Part shown: positions 45,673 through 56,027 of the stretch, one piece after another
Position numbering within the stretch: position 1 is the stretch's first letter
Layout of the letters: every line of letters starts with the position of its first letter
Assembly (NCBI GenBank): GCA_043799405.1
Contig: JAZDNT010000002.1
Span: 10,716 to 74,715 of the forward strand
Origin: Candidatus Kerfeldbacteria bacterium
GTDB lineage: Bacteria > Patescibacteriota > Patescibacteriia > SBBC01
DNA: 64,000 nt
Reading direction: 5' to 3'
Position numbers and translations under genes: made by a program
The notes under the pieces: model-generated
The model's database searches: none
The model's input: the letters and a program-made list of their open reading frames with translations, nothing else
Told to the model about the DNA's origin: nothing

Positions 45673-47001
45673 ATGCGCGCCTCTTTCCGCCGCTTCATTC
45701 CGAAGTCGTTGTTCGGCGTTTACCATGGACTGCTTGCAGGCGTTGCGACGTGGCGATACCGTCATCCGACACGGGAGATGACGGTCATCGGGATCACGGG
45801 TACCTCCGGAAAGACGACAGTCTCGCTGATGCTGCATGCGATCCTCGAGCTCTCGGGGCGTCCGACCGCCGTAGCGACAACGGCACTCTTTGCGATCCGG
45901 GATAAGCAGTGGATCAATGATAGGAAGATGACCATGCTCGGTCGGTTCGCGCTGCAGGAATTCCTGCGCCGTGCGAGACGCAGGGGCTGTACACACGCGA
46001 TCATCGAGACGACGAGCGAAGGGCTTGCGCAGAACCGTCATCGTGGGCTAGACTATGACGTTGCCGTGCTTACGAATCTGACCCCCGAGCACATCGAGTC
46101 GCACGGTTCGTTCGCGAAGTACCGGCAGGCAAAGGAACGGCTGTTCCACGTCCTCACGCTGACCTACCGGAAACCCGATGTTCCGAAATCGATCGTCGTG
46201 AACGCGGACGATCCTTCTGCGCCAGCGTTCTTACGCCATGCAGCCGATGCGTATTTTACGTTTTCCCTTGAACGGAAAAGTATTCAAGGCTCGCAGTCGC
46301 TGTTCGCCGTCGATATCGATTGTAAACCCCCTGGATCATCGTTTGAACTCGTGCATGGTAGTGCTTCTGCTCATGTACACCTGAAACTCCTTGGAAGGAT
46401 GAACGTTGAGAACGGACTTGCCGCTTCCGCTGCCGCGCTCGCACTCGGAGTTCCGCTCGAAACGATCGCCGACGGGCTCGCGAGCATTTCCGGAATTCCC
46501 GGACGACTTGAGTCTATTCGGGCAGGAGGCGTTACGGTCATTGTCGACTACGCTTTCCATCCCGTTGCAATGGAACAGCTCTATTCCGTGGTCGACGGTC
46601 TACCGCATCGCCGCGTCGTTCACGTTCTCGGTGCGACAGGCGGCGGACGAGACAGATCACGTCGCCCGATACTCGGAAGGATCGCGTCTGAACGCGCTGA
46701 AGTCGTCATTGTCACGAACGAGGATCCGTACGACGAAGACCCACGAGCGATCATGGAAGACGTTCTCGTCGGCGTAATGGAGATCGGAGGAAGAAAGCTC
46801 GACAACAACGTGTTCAGAATATTCGACCGTAAATCGGCAATCGAGAAAGCAATTAGTATTTCAGGAAAAGGCGACATCGTGCTTGTAACAGGAAAGGGGA
46901 GCGAACAGGCGATCGTGGTTGCGAACGGGAAAAGAGTGCCTTGGGACGACCGGGAAGTGGTGAGATCAGTGCTCCAAGAGCGCTTCGGAGCGGTTGAATA
47001 A
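45673..47001 (+). CDS. Mur ligase family protein (MurE/MurF-like UDP-N-acetylmuramoyl peptide ligase)
   Basis: 442 aa protein. The P-loop is TVIGITGTSGKTTV and the central and C-terminal Mur ligase domains are present. MurE is likely but substrate specificity cannot be read from sequence. Confidence 0.75.
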   Translation: MRASFRRFIPKSLFGVYHGLLAGVATWRYRHPTREMTVIGITGTSGKTTVSLMLHAILELSGRPTAVATTALFAIRDKQWINDRKMTMLGRFALQEFLRRARRRGCTHAIIETTSEGLAQNRHRGLDYDVAVLTNLTPEHIESHGSFAKYRQAKERLFHVLTLTYRKPDVPKSIVVNADDPSAPAFLRHAADAYFTFSLERKSIQGSQSLFAVDIDCKPPGSSFELVHGSASAHVHLKLLGRMNVENGLAASAAALALGVPLETIADGLASISGIPGRLESIRAGGVTVIVDYAFHPVAMEQLYSVVDGLPHRRVVHVLGATGGGRDRSRRPILGRIASERAEVVIVTNEDPYDEDPRAIMEDVLVGVMEIGGRKLDNNVFRIFDRKSAIEKAISISGKGDIVLVTGKGSEQAIVVANGKRVPWDDREVVRSVLQERFGAVE

Positions 47002-47138
47002 GTCTGAATACCCTGTGGAAAACGCACGGGATACTTTCCTATAGTATTGTTTTTTTCGCTAACAATATATAAAAAATCAAGTTATTTGTTAATAACAAGT
47101 AACAATTCGTTATAAAAGTCAAATTTCTGTTCAAAGAC

Positions 47139-47168
47139 TTGACAAGGTTGATTTAATATCTTTATACT
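47139..47168 (+). promoter_or_regulatory. sigma70-type promoter upstream of rpoB
   Basis: TTGACA(47139-47144)-18 nt-TATACT(47163-47168), in an AT-rich 300-bp intergenic region. The 13-bp palindrome TTGTTA-A-TAACAA lies about 50 bp upstream. Confidence 0.5.
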
Positions 47169-47308
47169 CCATAGGCGTAATTTCATTTTTTCATACACTA
47201 TTGGCCCTTCGCCATAGGCATACTTTTGGGCAGCTTCCGGTAAGTTAAAACCCCTTCTCTCTCCTGATCCCTTACAGCAAGGGAGGAGCATTATTTTCGC
47301 GTTACCCG

Positions 47309-50300
47309 ATGCAAGAACGAAGGTACTTCACCAATCTGACCGACGCCATACCCCTTCCTGATCTCATTGAGATACAGAAGCGTAGTTATGACTGGTTCTT
47401 CCGGCAGGGCTTACGTGAACTCTTCGAGGAAATTTCTCCGGTACGCGACTTTATCGGGCGTGACCTCGAGCTCTACTTCCTCGGGTACTACCTCGACGAG
47501 CCGAAGTTCGATGAGGTAACTGCAAAAGCGAAGAACGTCACCTACGAAGCGGCATTGCGCGTTTCGACCCGGCTCGTGAACAAGAAAACGGGTGAGATCA
47601 AGGAACAGGAGATATACCTCGGGGAATTCCCGCTCATGACCGACCGCGGAACGTTCATTGTAAACGGCATTGAACGCGTTGTCGTCAGCCAGCTGATACG
47701 GTCGGCTGGCGTATTTTTTACAGCAGAGTCTGTCCGCGGACGTCTCTGGTACGGCGCGAAGATCATCCCGAACCGCGGAGCGTGGCTTGAGCTCGAAACG
47801 GATGCGAACAACGTGATCACGGTCAAGATCGACCGGAAGCGCAAAGTCCCGATAACCGCCCTGCTCCGTTCTTTCGGTTTCGGAACCGATGATGAGATCA
47901 GAAAGCTGTTCCAGGAGATCGACGCGCACCCATCGGTGCGGTACATAGACGCGACGCTCGCAAAAGACGCCTCGAAGAACGAGGCAGAAGGTCTCCTCGA
48001 AGTGTATAAGCGTATCCGGCCCGGTGACCTTGCAACGGTCGACAACGCACGGGAGCTCATCAATAAGATGTTCTTCTCGTTCGATCGGTACGACTTCTCG
48101 CCTGTCGGACGTTACAAGCTCAACGTACGGTTCGGCATGGACCTTCCGATCGACAAGGAGCACCGCGTCCTGCAGAAGGACGACCTCATTGCGATCGTAC
48201 GCGAGATCATCTCGCTCAATAATTCGCAGAAGGAACCGGACGACATCGACCACCTCGGGAACCGCCGCGTTCGCGCGATCGGCGAGCTCGTCCAGAACAA
48301 GTTTAGGGTCGGTCTTGCCCGCATGGAGCGCATCATCAAGGACCGCATGTCGACGCTCGATATCAACACGCTCACCCCGAACCAGCTCATCAATGCGCGT
48401 CCGGTCATCGGAGCGCTCAAAGAGTTCTTCATGAGCTCACAGCTCTCGCAGTTCATGGATCAGACGAATCCGCTCTCCGAGCTCGAGCACAAGCGTCGCC
48501 TTTCTGCTATGGGCCCGGGCGGCCTTTCCCGCGAACGCACAGGATTTGATGTCCGCGACGTGCACCGTACCCACTACGGTCGCATCTGTCCGATCGCAAC
48601 GCCGGAAGGTCCGAACATCGGCCTCGTAGGACACCTGGCATGCTACGCTCGGGTGAATGACTACGGTTTCATCGAAACACCGTTCCGTATCGTCGTGCAC
48701 GATATTGAGAACAGTCCGGCGAACACAGAGGGCGAAGTGCTGCGGGAGGACGTTCAGGATGATAAGGGCGTATTGCTAGGTACAGCCGGAGATAAGATTA
48801 CGAAGGAACTTGCTAAGAAGCTCCAGCGCGCGAACCGTAAGATTATTCCGGTCAAACCCCGTGTGACGAATGAGGTCGTTTACCTCGACGCGTTCACCGA
48901 GGAGCGCGGTACGACAACGACTGCAATCGTTGCGGTCGACGAACAAGGGTTCCTAACCGATGAGTACGTCGAGGCACGGAAGCACGGCGAGCCAACAGCG
49001 GTACCACCCTACGAAGTCGATTACATGGACGTATCGCCGAAACAGATCGTCTCTATATCGACGTCGTTGATCCCGTTCCTGGAGCACGATGACGCCGTTC
49101 GCGCACTCATGGGCACGAATATGCAGAGGCAGGCGGTATCCGTAGTAAAACCGGAGGCTCCGGTCGTCGGTACCGGCGTTGAAGGACGCGCAGCACAGGA
49201 CTCCGGGCAGGTTGTTCTCGCCCAGAAAGCCGGTCAGGTTATCAAAGTACAGGCGAGCGAGGTACAGATCCTCGAGGACGACGGTAACATCAGGACGTAC
49301 CATCTGCGAAACTTCTTCCGTTCGAACGCATCAACGTGCATCAACCAGAAACCGATTGTCGAACGGGGCCTTAAGGTGAAGAGGGGAGACATTATCGCGG
49401 ACGGTGCAGCGACCGATCAGGGTGAACTGGCGCTTGGGCAGAACGTCCTCGTTGCGTTCATGCCCTGGGAGGGAGGCAACTACGAAGACGCCATCCTCAT
49501 CAGTGAACGGTTGGTGCATAACGATCGTTACACGTCGATCCATATCGAAGATTACGCCATCGATATCCGCGACACGAAGCTCGGGCCTGAGGTGATCACG
49601 CGCGACATTCCGAACGTTTCCGAGGAAAAGCTAAAAGACCTCGACGAAGAGGGCGTCGTCCGCGTAGGCGCTTCGGTAACGTCCGGCGACATCCTCGTCG
49701 GCAAGATAACCCCGAAGGGCGAGACCGAGCTCTCTGCGGAAGAAAAGCTGCTCCGCGCGATCTTCGGTGAACAGGCAAAGGACGTTAAAGACTCGTCTCT
49801 CTACCTTGAGCACGGCGAACACGGCAAGGTCGTCGGGATCAGGATATTCTCCCGCGACAAGGGCGATAAGCTCCCGAGCGGCGTCATCAAGCAGATTCAG
49901 GTTTCCGTTGCCCAGCTGCGGAAGATCCAGGTCGGCGATAAGATGGCCGGTCGTCACGGTAATAAGGGCGTCATCTCGCGGATCGTAGCAGCGGAAGATC
50001 TGCCGTACCTCGCCGACGGAACGCCGGTCGATATCATTTTGAATCCTCTCGGCGTTGCATCACGAATGAACATAGGGCAGATCCTTGAAACGCACCTTGG
50101 CATGGCAGCGCGGGCGCTCGGCTACCGCGTTGCGACGCCAGCGCTCAATGGTGTCGCTGAAGAGACTATCCGAGCGGAACTGAAGCGCGCAGGGTATCCG
50201 GAAGACGGTAAGTCGGTCGTATATGACGGTCGCACCGGAGTGCCGTTCGAACAGAGGGTGACCGTCGGAATTATTTATATGCTGAAACTCAACCATCTCG

Positions 50301-50740
50301 TCGAGGACAAGATCCACCAGCGGTCGATCGGTCCCTACTCGCTCGTCACCCAGCAGCCGCTCGGCGGCAAAGCGCAGTTCGGCGGACAGCGGTTCGGCGA
50401 AATGGAGGTCTGGGCGCTCGAAGCATACGGCGCAGCCCATTCACTGCAGGAAATGCTTACGATAAAGTCCGATGACGTCTCCGGTCGCTCGAAAGCCTAC
50501 GAAGCGGTCATTAAGGGAGAACCGATCAAGAAGTTGAACGTCCCAGAATCGTTCAACGTTCTCGTCCGAGAACTCAAAGGCCTTGGGCTTAACGTTGAGC
50601 TCATCGGCGCAAAGATCGAATCGGATCCGAGGGAAGCGCGCGATGCTTCCGAACGGAATGAGCGGGAACGCCCATCTCAGACCGCGGTCGCTATTCATCA
50701 GGATTCGAAGAAGAAAGCTAAAGAAGGAGCGGAAGCGTAG
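47309..50740 (+). CDS. rpoB: DNA-directed RNA polymerase subunit beta
   Basis: 1143 aa protein. [30 protein letters not shown] is the N-terminus. The rifampicin-region segment is ...[30 protein letters not shown].... The C-terminal segment is ...[19 protein letters not shown].... Confidence 0.97.
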   Translation: MQERRYFTNLTDAIPLPDLIEIQKRSYDWFFRQGLRELFEEISPVRDFIGRDLELYFLGYYLDEPKFDEVTAKAKNVTYEAALRVSTRLVNKKTGEIKEQEIYLGEFPLMTDRGTFIVNGIERVVVSQLIRSAGVFFTAESVRGRLWYGAKIIPNRGAWLELETDANNVITVKIDRKRKVPITALLRSFGFGTDDEIRKLFQEIDAHPSVRYIDATLAKDASKNEAEGLLEVYKRIRPGDLATVDNARELINKMFFSFDRYDFSPVGRYKLNVRFGMDLPIDKEHRVLQKDDLIAIVREIISLNNSQKEPDDIDHLGNRRVRAIGELVQNKFRVGLARMERIIKDRMSTLDINTLTPNQLINARPVIGALKEFFMSSQLSQFMDQTNPLSELEHKRRLSAMGPGGLSRERTGFDVRDVHRTHYGRICPIATPEGPNIGLVGHLACYARVNDYGFIETPFRIVVHDIENSPANTEGEVLREDVQDDKGVLLGTAGDKITKELAKKLQRANRKIIPVKPRVTNEVVYLDAFTEERGTTTTAIVAVDEQGFLTDEYVEARKHGEPTAVPPYEVDYMDVSPKQIVSISTSLIPFLEHDDAVRALMGTNMQRQAVSVVKPEAPVVGTGVEGRAAQDSGQVVLAQKAGQVIKVQASEVQILEDDGNIRTYHLRNFFRSNASTCINQKPIVERGLKVKRGDIIADGAATDQGELALGQNVLVAFMPWEGGNYEDAILISERLVHNDRYTSIHIEDYAIDIRDTKLGPEVITRDIPNVSEEKLKDLDEEGVVRVGASVTSGDILVGKITPKGETELSAEEKLLRAIFGEQAKDVKDSSLYLEHGEHGKVVGIRIFSRDKGDKLPSGVIKQIQVSVAQLRKIQVGDKMAGRHGNKGVISRIVAAEDLPYLADGTPVDIILNPLGVASRMNIGQILETHLGMAARALGYRVATPALNGVAEETIRAELKRAGYPEDGKSVVYDGRTGVPFEQRVTVGIIYMLKLNHLVEDKIHQRSIGPYSLVTQQPLGGKAQFGGQRFGEMEVWALEAYGAAHSLQEMLTIKSDDVSGRSKAYEAVIKGEPIKKLNVPESFNVLVRELKGLGLNVELIGAKIESDPREARDASERNERERPSQTAVAIHQDSKKKAKEGAEA

Positions 50741-50743
50741 TCT

Positions 50744-53700
50744 ATGTTCCAGGACGAACACCAGTCGTTCGACTTCAAGGCGATGCGTCTCAAGCTGGCG
50801 TCTCCGGATGAGATTCTCTCATGGTCTCACGGCGAGGTGACAAAGCCCGAGACGATCAACTACCGTACGCAAAAGCCGGAAAAATCCGGACTCTTCGCCG
50901 AAGAGATCTTCGGACCATCGAAAGACTGGGAATGTTACTGCGGTAAGTACAAACGCGTTCGGTACAAAGGGATCGTCTGCGATAAGTGTGGCGTCGAGGT
51001 GACGCGCTCCATCGTTCGTCGCGAACGAATGGGCCACATTCTGCTCGCTGCGCCCGTATCACACATCTGGTTCCTGCGCGGCGTTCCGTCGAAGATCGGA
51101 CTAGCGCTTGACCGCAGCATCCAGGAACTTGAAAAGGTGATCTACTTCGCGAATTTCATCGTTACCCAGGTTGATGAGCGTTTACGGGAAGAGATGCTCG
51201 CCCAGATCGAGAATGAGTACTCGACGAAGAAGAAACAGATCGAATCGGAGTTCTCGCACCAGCAACAGGAGATCAAGCAACGCCAGGTAAAGTCCACCGC
51301 AGTAGCAGCAGAAACCGGCAAGGCGAACAGCGCGGCAACCACGATGGAGCTCAAGGCCGCAAGCGAGATGAAACTTCAGCAGCTGAAGACGCTTCAGGAT
51401 GCCGTCGATATTGCAAAGAGGGAACTCAAGTCGATCGCGAAGTACCAGATAATCACTGAGCAGCAGTATCAGGATCTTTCGCTCAAGTACGGCCATGTCT
51501 TCACCGCCTCGATCGGCGCCGAAGCGATCCACAGGCTTCTCACCGAGATCGATATTGATACGCTCATCACCGAGCTTGAGCAGGAAACGGCGGAGGCGCC
51601 TGAGAACAAGAAGCGCCGCATCGTCCGGCGCCTGAAGCTTTTTAAGAATTTCAAAAAGAACGGGCTCCGTCCGGAATGGATGATAATGACCATCGTCCCG
51701 GTCATCCCGCCGGATCTCCGGCCGATGGTGCAGCTTGACGGCGGACGTTTTGCGACGTCGGATCTGAACGATCTCTACCGCCGCGTCATTAACCGGAACA
51801 ACCGTCTGAAGCGCCTCATCGAGCTCAACGCACCGGAGGTCATCCAGCGCAACGAGCGGCGCATGCTGCAAGAAGCCGTTGATGCCCTCATCGATAACGG
51901 TGCGCGGCACGGAAAGACCGTCACTGCCTCTACGGGTCAGAAGCGGATGCTGAAATCGATCGCCGATATGCTGAAAGGAAAACAAGGACGTTTTCGCCAG
52001 AACCTTCTCGGGAAACGCGTCGACTACTCCGGCCGCTCCGTCATCGTCATCGGTCCGCATCTGAAGCTCTACCAGTGCGGCATCCCGAAACGCATGGCGC
52101 TCGAGCTGTTCCGTCCGTTCGTGATCAGCGAGCTCATCAAGCGCGAGGTCGTGCACAACGTCCGGTCAGCAGGCCGCTACATCGAAGCGGGGCACGCAAT
52201 TGTCTGGGACATACTCGAAGAGATCACGAGGGGTGCGCACGTATTGCTGAATCGCGCGCCGACGCTTCATCGTCTCGGCATCCAGGCGTTCCAGCCGATC
52301 CTCATCGAAGGTAAAGCGATCCAGATCCATCCGTTAGTTTGTCAGGCGTTCAACGCGGACTTTGATGGTGACCAGATGGCCGTTCACGTTCCTCTGACCG
52401 AGGAATCGAAGCGTGAGGCTGCAGAGATCATGCTCTCCTCGAAGAACCTCTTGAAGCCGGCAACGGGTACGCCGGTCATCAGCCCCCAACAGGACATCGT
52501 CCTCGGCTGTTACTACCTCTCGATCGTAAAGGACGTTGAGAAGCCGAAGATCTTCTCATGCGAGGAGGAGGCGATCCTCGCGCACAGTCAGAACGTCATC
52601 AGTATTCAGACGAAGATCAGGGTTCGCATCGACGGCAAGCTCATCGATACGAGCGTTGGACGTATCTACTTCAACCGGATTCTTCCGAAAGAGCTCAGGT
52701 TCATCAATGAAGTGCTGAACAGAAAGGCGCTCACCGAGATCGTCAGCCGTTCGCTCGTCGAGCTCGATAACGAACGGACCGTGCAGCTCCTCGATGATAT
52801 CAAGAAGCTCTCCTTCGAATTTCTTACACGATCGGGGATTTCCTGGGGTATGGACGACCTGCAGGTTCCAGAGGGAAAGTTCGATGTAATCACATCTGCT
52901 CAGAAGGTCATCGATGAGATACAGAACCAGTACGAGGTCGGACTCCTTACCGACATGGAACGACACGTTAAGATCATTAACGTGTGGGCGAAGGCAAAGG
53001 AAGAAGTGACCGAGCTCAGCAAAAAGTCGCTCGACCGCTTCGGCCCAGTGTTTGCGATGATCGACTCGGGCGCGCGAGGCAACTGGGCGCAGATATCTCA
53101 GATGATGGGTATGAAGGGCCTCGTTACGAATCCCGCGGGTGACACGATCGAGCTCCCTGTCAAACGATCGTTTAAGGAAGGTTTTGATGTGCTTGAGTAT
53201 TTCATTTCCACCCATGGCGCCCGTAAAGGTTTATCAGACACCGCCCTTCGAACTGCGAACGCCGGGTACCTTACGCGAAGGTTGATCGACGTATCGCAGG
53301 ACATCGTGATTTCGGAGGATGACTGCGGTGATACTGTAGGGTTCACCATTACGAAGACCGAGAGCGAGGATATGGGTGAAACGCTGTTTTCGAGGATCCT
53401 CGGACGAGCCGTTCTTGATTCGATCGTAGATCCGCGCACAAAAAAGGTTATCGTGAAGAAGCATGAATTCGTCACAAAGGAACACGAAGGGAAATTGACG
53501 AAGATCGATCCCGATAAGGTTCGGATTCGATCGGTCATGAGCTGTATTGCTCGACGCGGGGTATGCGCTATGTGTTACGGGTACGATCTCGGGTACAACA
53601 AACCCGTTGAGATCGGAACGGCCGTCGGTATCATTGCGGCGCAGTCGATCGGCGAACCTGGAACGCAGCTCACCATGCGGACGTTCCACACAGGTGGTGT

Positions 53701-54640
53701 CGCCGGCCAGGATATCACCCAAGGGTTACCGCGCGTTGAAGAACTCTTTGAAGCACGCCCAGTGAAGAAACCAGCGTTTCTCTCAGAGGTTGCCGGACAG
53801 GTTATTATTGAAGAGGGCACAGAACATAAGTTGGTCAAAATCAACCATCAGACAGAGAAGAACGAAGTCCATGAGTTGCCGAAGAAAGTGAAGAAGGGAA
53901 CCGTGTTCACTGCGAAGGTCAAGGATGGCGCGAAAGTGAAGGCAGGACAGGTTGTTGCTGCTGTAGGTAGCGAGGAGCGCGTTGCAGCGACGAACGGGAT
54001 CGCTCGTGTTACTGACCGGTCGGTCACGATCGTGTCCGAACAGGATGCAGTAAAAGAGTATAACATTCCAGCCGATTACTCGCTGTGGGTCAAGAACGGC
54101 GATCTCGTCGTTCCCGGAACCCCGCTTACTGAAGGATCGTTCAACCTGTATGAACTCTTCCGTTTGAAGGGGAGGGAAACTGTTCAGAAATACATTACCA
54201 AGGAGATACAGTACATCTACTCTTCGCAGGGGCAGAAGTTGAACGATAAACACATCGAGATCATCGTTCGTCAGATGTTTTCGCGCGTGTACATTGTCGA
54301 TGCTGGTGATACCGACCTTCTTGCTGGCGAGATCGTTGAGCGTCCTGTCGCCGAAGCTGCAAATAGTCAGGTGATTACCGAGAAGAAGAATCCCGCCAGC
54401 GTCGAGCAGTTGCTTCTCGGTATCACGAAGGCCAGTTTGACGACCGAGAGTTTCCTGTCGGCTGCGTCGTTCCAGGAGACCGCACGCGTGCTCATCGATG
54501 CTGCCGTCAACGGAAAGATTGATTACCTCCGCGGACTCAAGGAAAACGTCATTATCGGGAAATTGATCCCCGCAGGCACCGGCTTCAGGAACGTTGAGGA
54601 CGTTTCGGTGATCGACGAATCCTCGATCATCACGATCTGA
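50744..54640 (+). CDS. rpoC: DNA-directed RNA polymerase subunit beta'
   Basis: 1298 aa protein. Zinc-binding CYCGKYKRVRYKGIVCDKCGVEV is present, and NADFDGDQMAVHVP is the catalytic DFDGD motif. The trigger loop and jaw regions are present. Confidence 0.97.
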   Translation: MFQDEHQSFDFKAMRLKLASPDEILSWSHGEVTKPETINYRTQKPEKSGLFAEEIFGPSKDWECYCGKYKRVRYKGIVCDKCGVEVTRSIVRRERMGHILLAAPVSHIWFLRGVPSKIGLALDRSIQELEKVIYFANFIVTQVDERLREEMLAQIENEYSTKKKQIESEFSHQQQEIKQRQVKSTAVAAETGKANSAATTMELKAASEMKLQQLKTLQDAVDIAKRELKSIAKYQIITEQQYQDLSLKYGHVFTASIGAEAIHRLLTEIDIDTLITELEQETAEAPENKKRRIVRRLKLFKNFKKNGLRPEWMIMTIVPVIPPDLRPMVQLDGGRFATSDLNDLYRRVINRNNRLKRLIELNAPEVIQRNERRMLQEAVDALIDNGARHGKTVTASTGQKRMLKSIADMLKGKQGRFRQNLLGKRVDYSGRSVIVIGPHLKLYQCGIPKRMALELFRPFVISELIKREVVHNVRSAGRYIEAGHAIVWDILEEITRGAHVLLNRAPTLHRLGIQAFQPILIEGKAIQIHPLVCQAFNADFDGDQMAVHVPLTEESKREAAEIMLSSKNLLKPATGTPVISPQQDIVLGCYYLSIVKDVEKPKIFSCEEEAILAHSQNVISIQTKIRVRIDGKLIDTSVGRIYFNRILPKELRFINEVLNRKALTEIVSRSLVELDNERTVQLLDDIKKLSFEFLTRSGISWGMDDLQVPEGKFDVITSAQKVIDEIQNQYEVGLLTDMERHVKIINVWAKAKEEVTELSKKSLDRFGPVFAMIDSGARGNWAQISQMMGMKGLVTNPAGDTIELPVKRSFKEGFDVLEYFISTHGARKGLSDTALRTANAGYLTRRLIDVSQDIVISEDDCGDTVGFTITKTESEDMGETLFSRILGRAVLDSIVDPRTKKVIVKKHEFVTKEHEGKLTKIDPDKVRIRSVMSCIARRGVCAMCYGYDLGYNKPVEIGTAVGIIAAQSIGEPGTQLTMRTFHTGGVAGQDITQGLPRVEELFEARPVKKPAFLSEVAGQVIIEEGTEHKLVKINHQTEKNEVHELPKKVKKGTVFTAKVKDGAKVKAGQVVAAVGSEERVAATNGIARVTDRSVTIVSEQDAVKEYNIPADYSLWVKNGDLVVPGTPLTEGSFNLYELFRLKGRETVQKYITKEIQYIYSSQGQKLNDKHIEIIVRQMFSRVYIVDAGDTDLLAGEIVERPVAEAANSQVITEKKNPASVEQLLLGITKASLTTESFLSAASFQETARVLIDAAVNGKIDYLRGLKENVIIGKLIPAGTGFRNVEDVSVIDESSIITI

Positions 54641-55268
54641 CCGGCAGGGCTATTGACTGTCACTGGTAAGAGTGGCAGTGTTTGAGTTGACATCAGTTCG
54701 TCCTTTGCGGTGCTGGCTAGAGATGTACGGGGCGGCTGCCCGCTCAATACACTTCCCTGGCAAGGCTCGTGTAGGCATCTCTGTTCGGAGGTCCCACCCC
54801 ATAGCTTTTCGTCTCTTATTCCTCCTGAATCGTTTGGCGGGGATGAACGACTAGCACCTCCATCATTCCTGCTGACACCAGCGCCGCATCTCATTCGCCG
54901 GGGGACGGACGCACATCATCCGTCCCCATTCGCTTTGGTCGAATACATTGCGAATATTTGGGTCGCGTGTCGTAGTACTTTAATGCTTGACACTGGTTTT
55001 CATTAGGGAGTAAGGTGCGGGCGACGGCCTCATTCTGAGCATCGGAAGACATTCTGGGAGGGGCCTAAATATAGAGGAAGGGGCCGTGAGGGGCAGACAA
55101 CTGTACCTCTAGCCCTTTGAAAATCCGTCTTCTGTGAAAGAAAGAGAGGCATGAAAACGTGTTGTTGTGCTTTTGTTGTTGATAGTTAACCCCTTGCTGC
55201 AGCCATTCATGCGGACTTGATCCGCATGAACAACCACCCTGCGTCAGAATCGCGGGGAAGGAGGCACC

Positions 55269-56027
55269 ATGCTGAAGCAGTTGTTGGTCTTGTTGGCTGC
55301 GCTCACGCTCGTGAGCATGGCACATGCTGGAACGATTACCGAGGTGGCAACCGTGGATACGGGCCAGGTCATCTACTATGGCCATGGTCCGATCGCGGCG
55401 CCATTCGTTTTCGGAACCGATGGGACCGACACGTTCGTCCGGTTCCAGTCCGATTCGTCGTTCGCGATGGCCGGTCTGGACTGGGTGCCGTGGCGCCTCG
55501 ACACGTCGTCGACGTCGCACAGGTCGATCCAGTACATCCCTGTTCTCGGAACGCTCGACGCGGTCTTCGAAGACGCTCGGGCAGCGGTCGATACTGAGGG
55601 GCTGCACGGAATGGCTCGCGCGACACGACTCGCCGAACTGTACCGGAAGTCAAACCTCATCGATTCGGCGAAGGTGATCATGAGTGAACAGGAGGGACCG
55701 AAAGTCGGCATATACCCCAAGAACGGCTTGCCGATCTTGGGCGCGGTCGACGAGACGCCTCGCAACCTTTCGCCGGAAACGCCGATGGAGCGGGCAAGAA
55801 ATGATATCGCCCGGATCGTCAGCTCGTTGCAGTCAGGGCGACTCGTGATCGTGGATCACGGTATCGAGTGCTCGGTAGCGCCAAACGCGATCGCAGACGT
55901 GACGGACGAGCTCCGCGCTCTTCGTTCCGGTCGTAGACCCTGCAGGATCAAGAACGCCGAAATCATCCGGCGCTTCCAGCAGGGACAACCGATCCCTCTC
56001 AGTAAGCTTGTGCGAGGGAGGGATTGA
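55269..56027 (+). CDS. secreted hypothetical protein
   Basis: A strong GGAAGGAGG RBS is present. MLKQLLVLLAALTLVSMAHA is a signal peptide. 252 aa with no recognised domain. Confidence 0.55.
   Translation: MLKQLLVLLAALTLVSMAHAGTITEVATVDTGQVIYYGHGPIAAPFVFGTDGTDTFVRFQSDSSFAMAGLDWVPWRLDTSSTSHRSIQYIPVLGTLDAVFEDARAAVDTEGLHGMARATRLAELYRKSNLIDSAKVIMSEQEGPKVGIYPKNGLPILGAVDETPRNLSPETPMERARNDIARIVSSLQSGRLVIVDHGIECSVAPNAIADVTDELRALRSGRRPCRIKNAEIIRRFQQGQPIPLSKLVRGRD

Noticed and set aside
47411-48253. 280-aa minus-strand ORF inside rpoB
   Set aside because: It is antisense to rpoB, which is unambiguous.
51182-52156. 324-aa minus-strand ORF inside rpoC
   Set aside because: It is antisense to rpoC.
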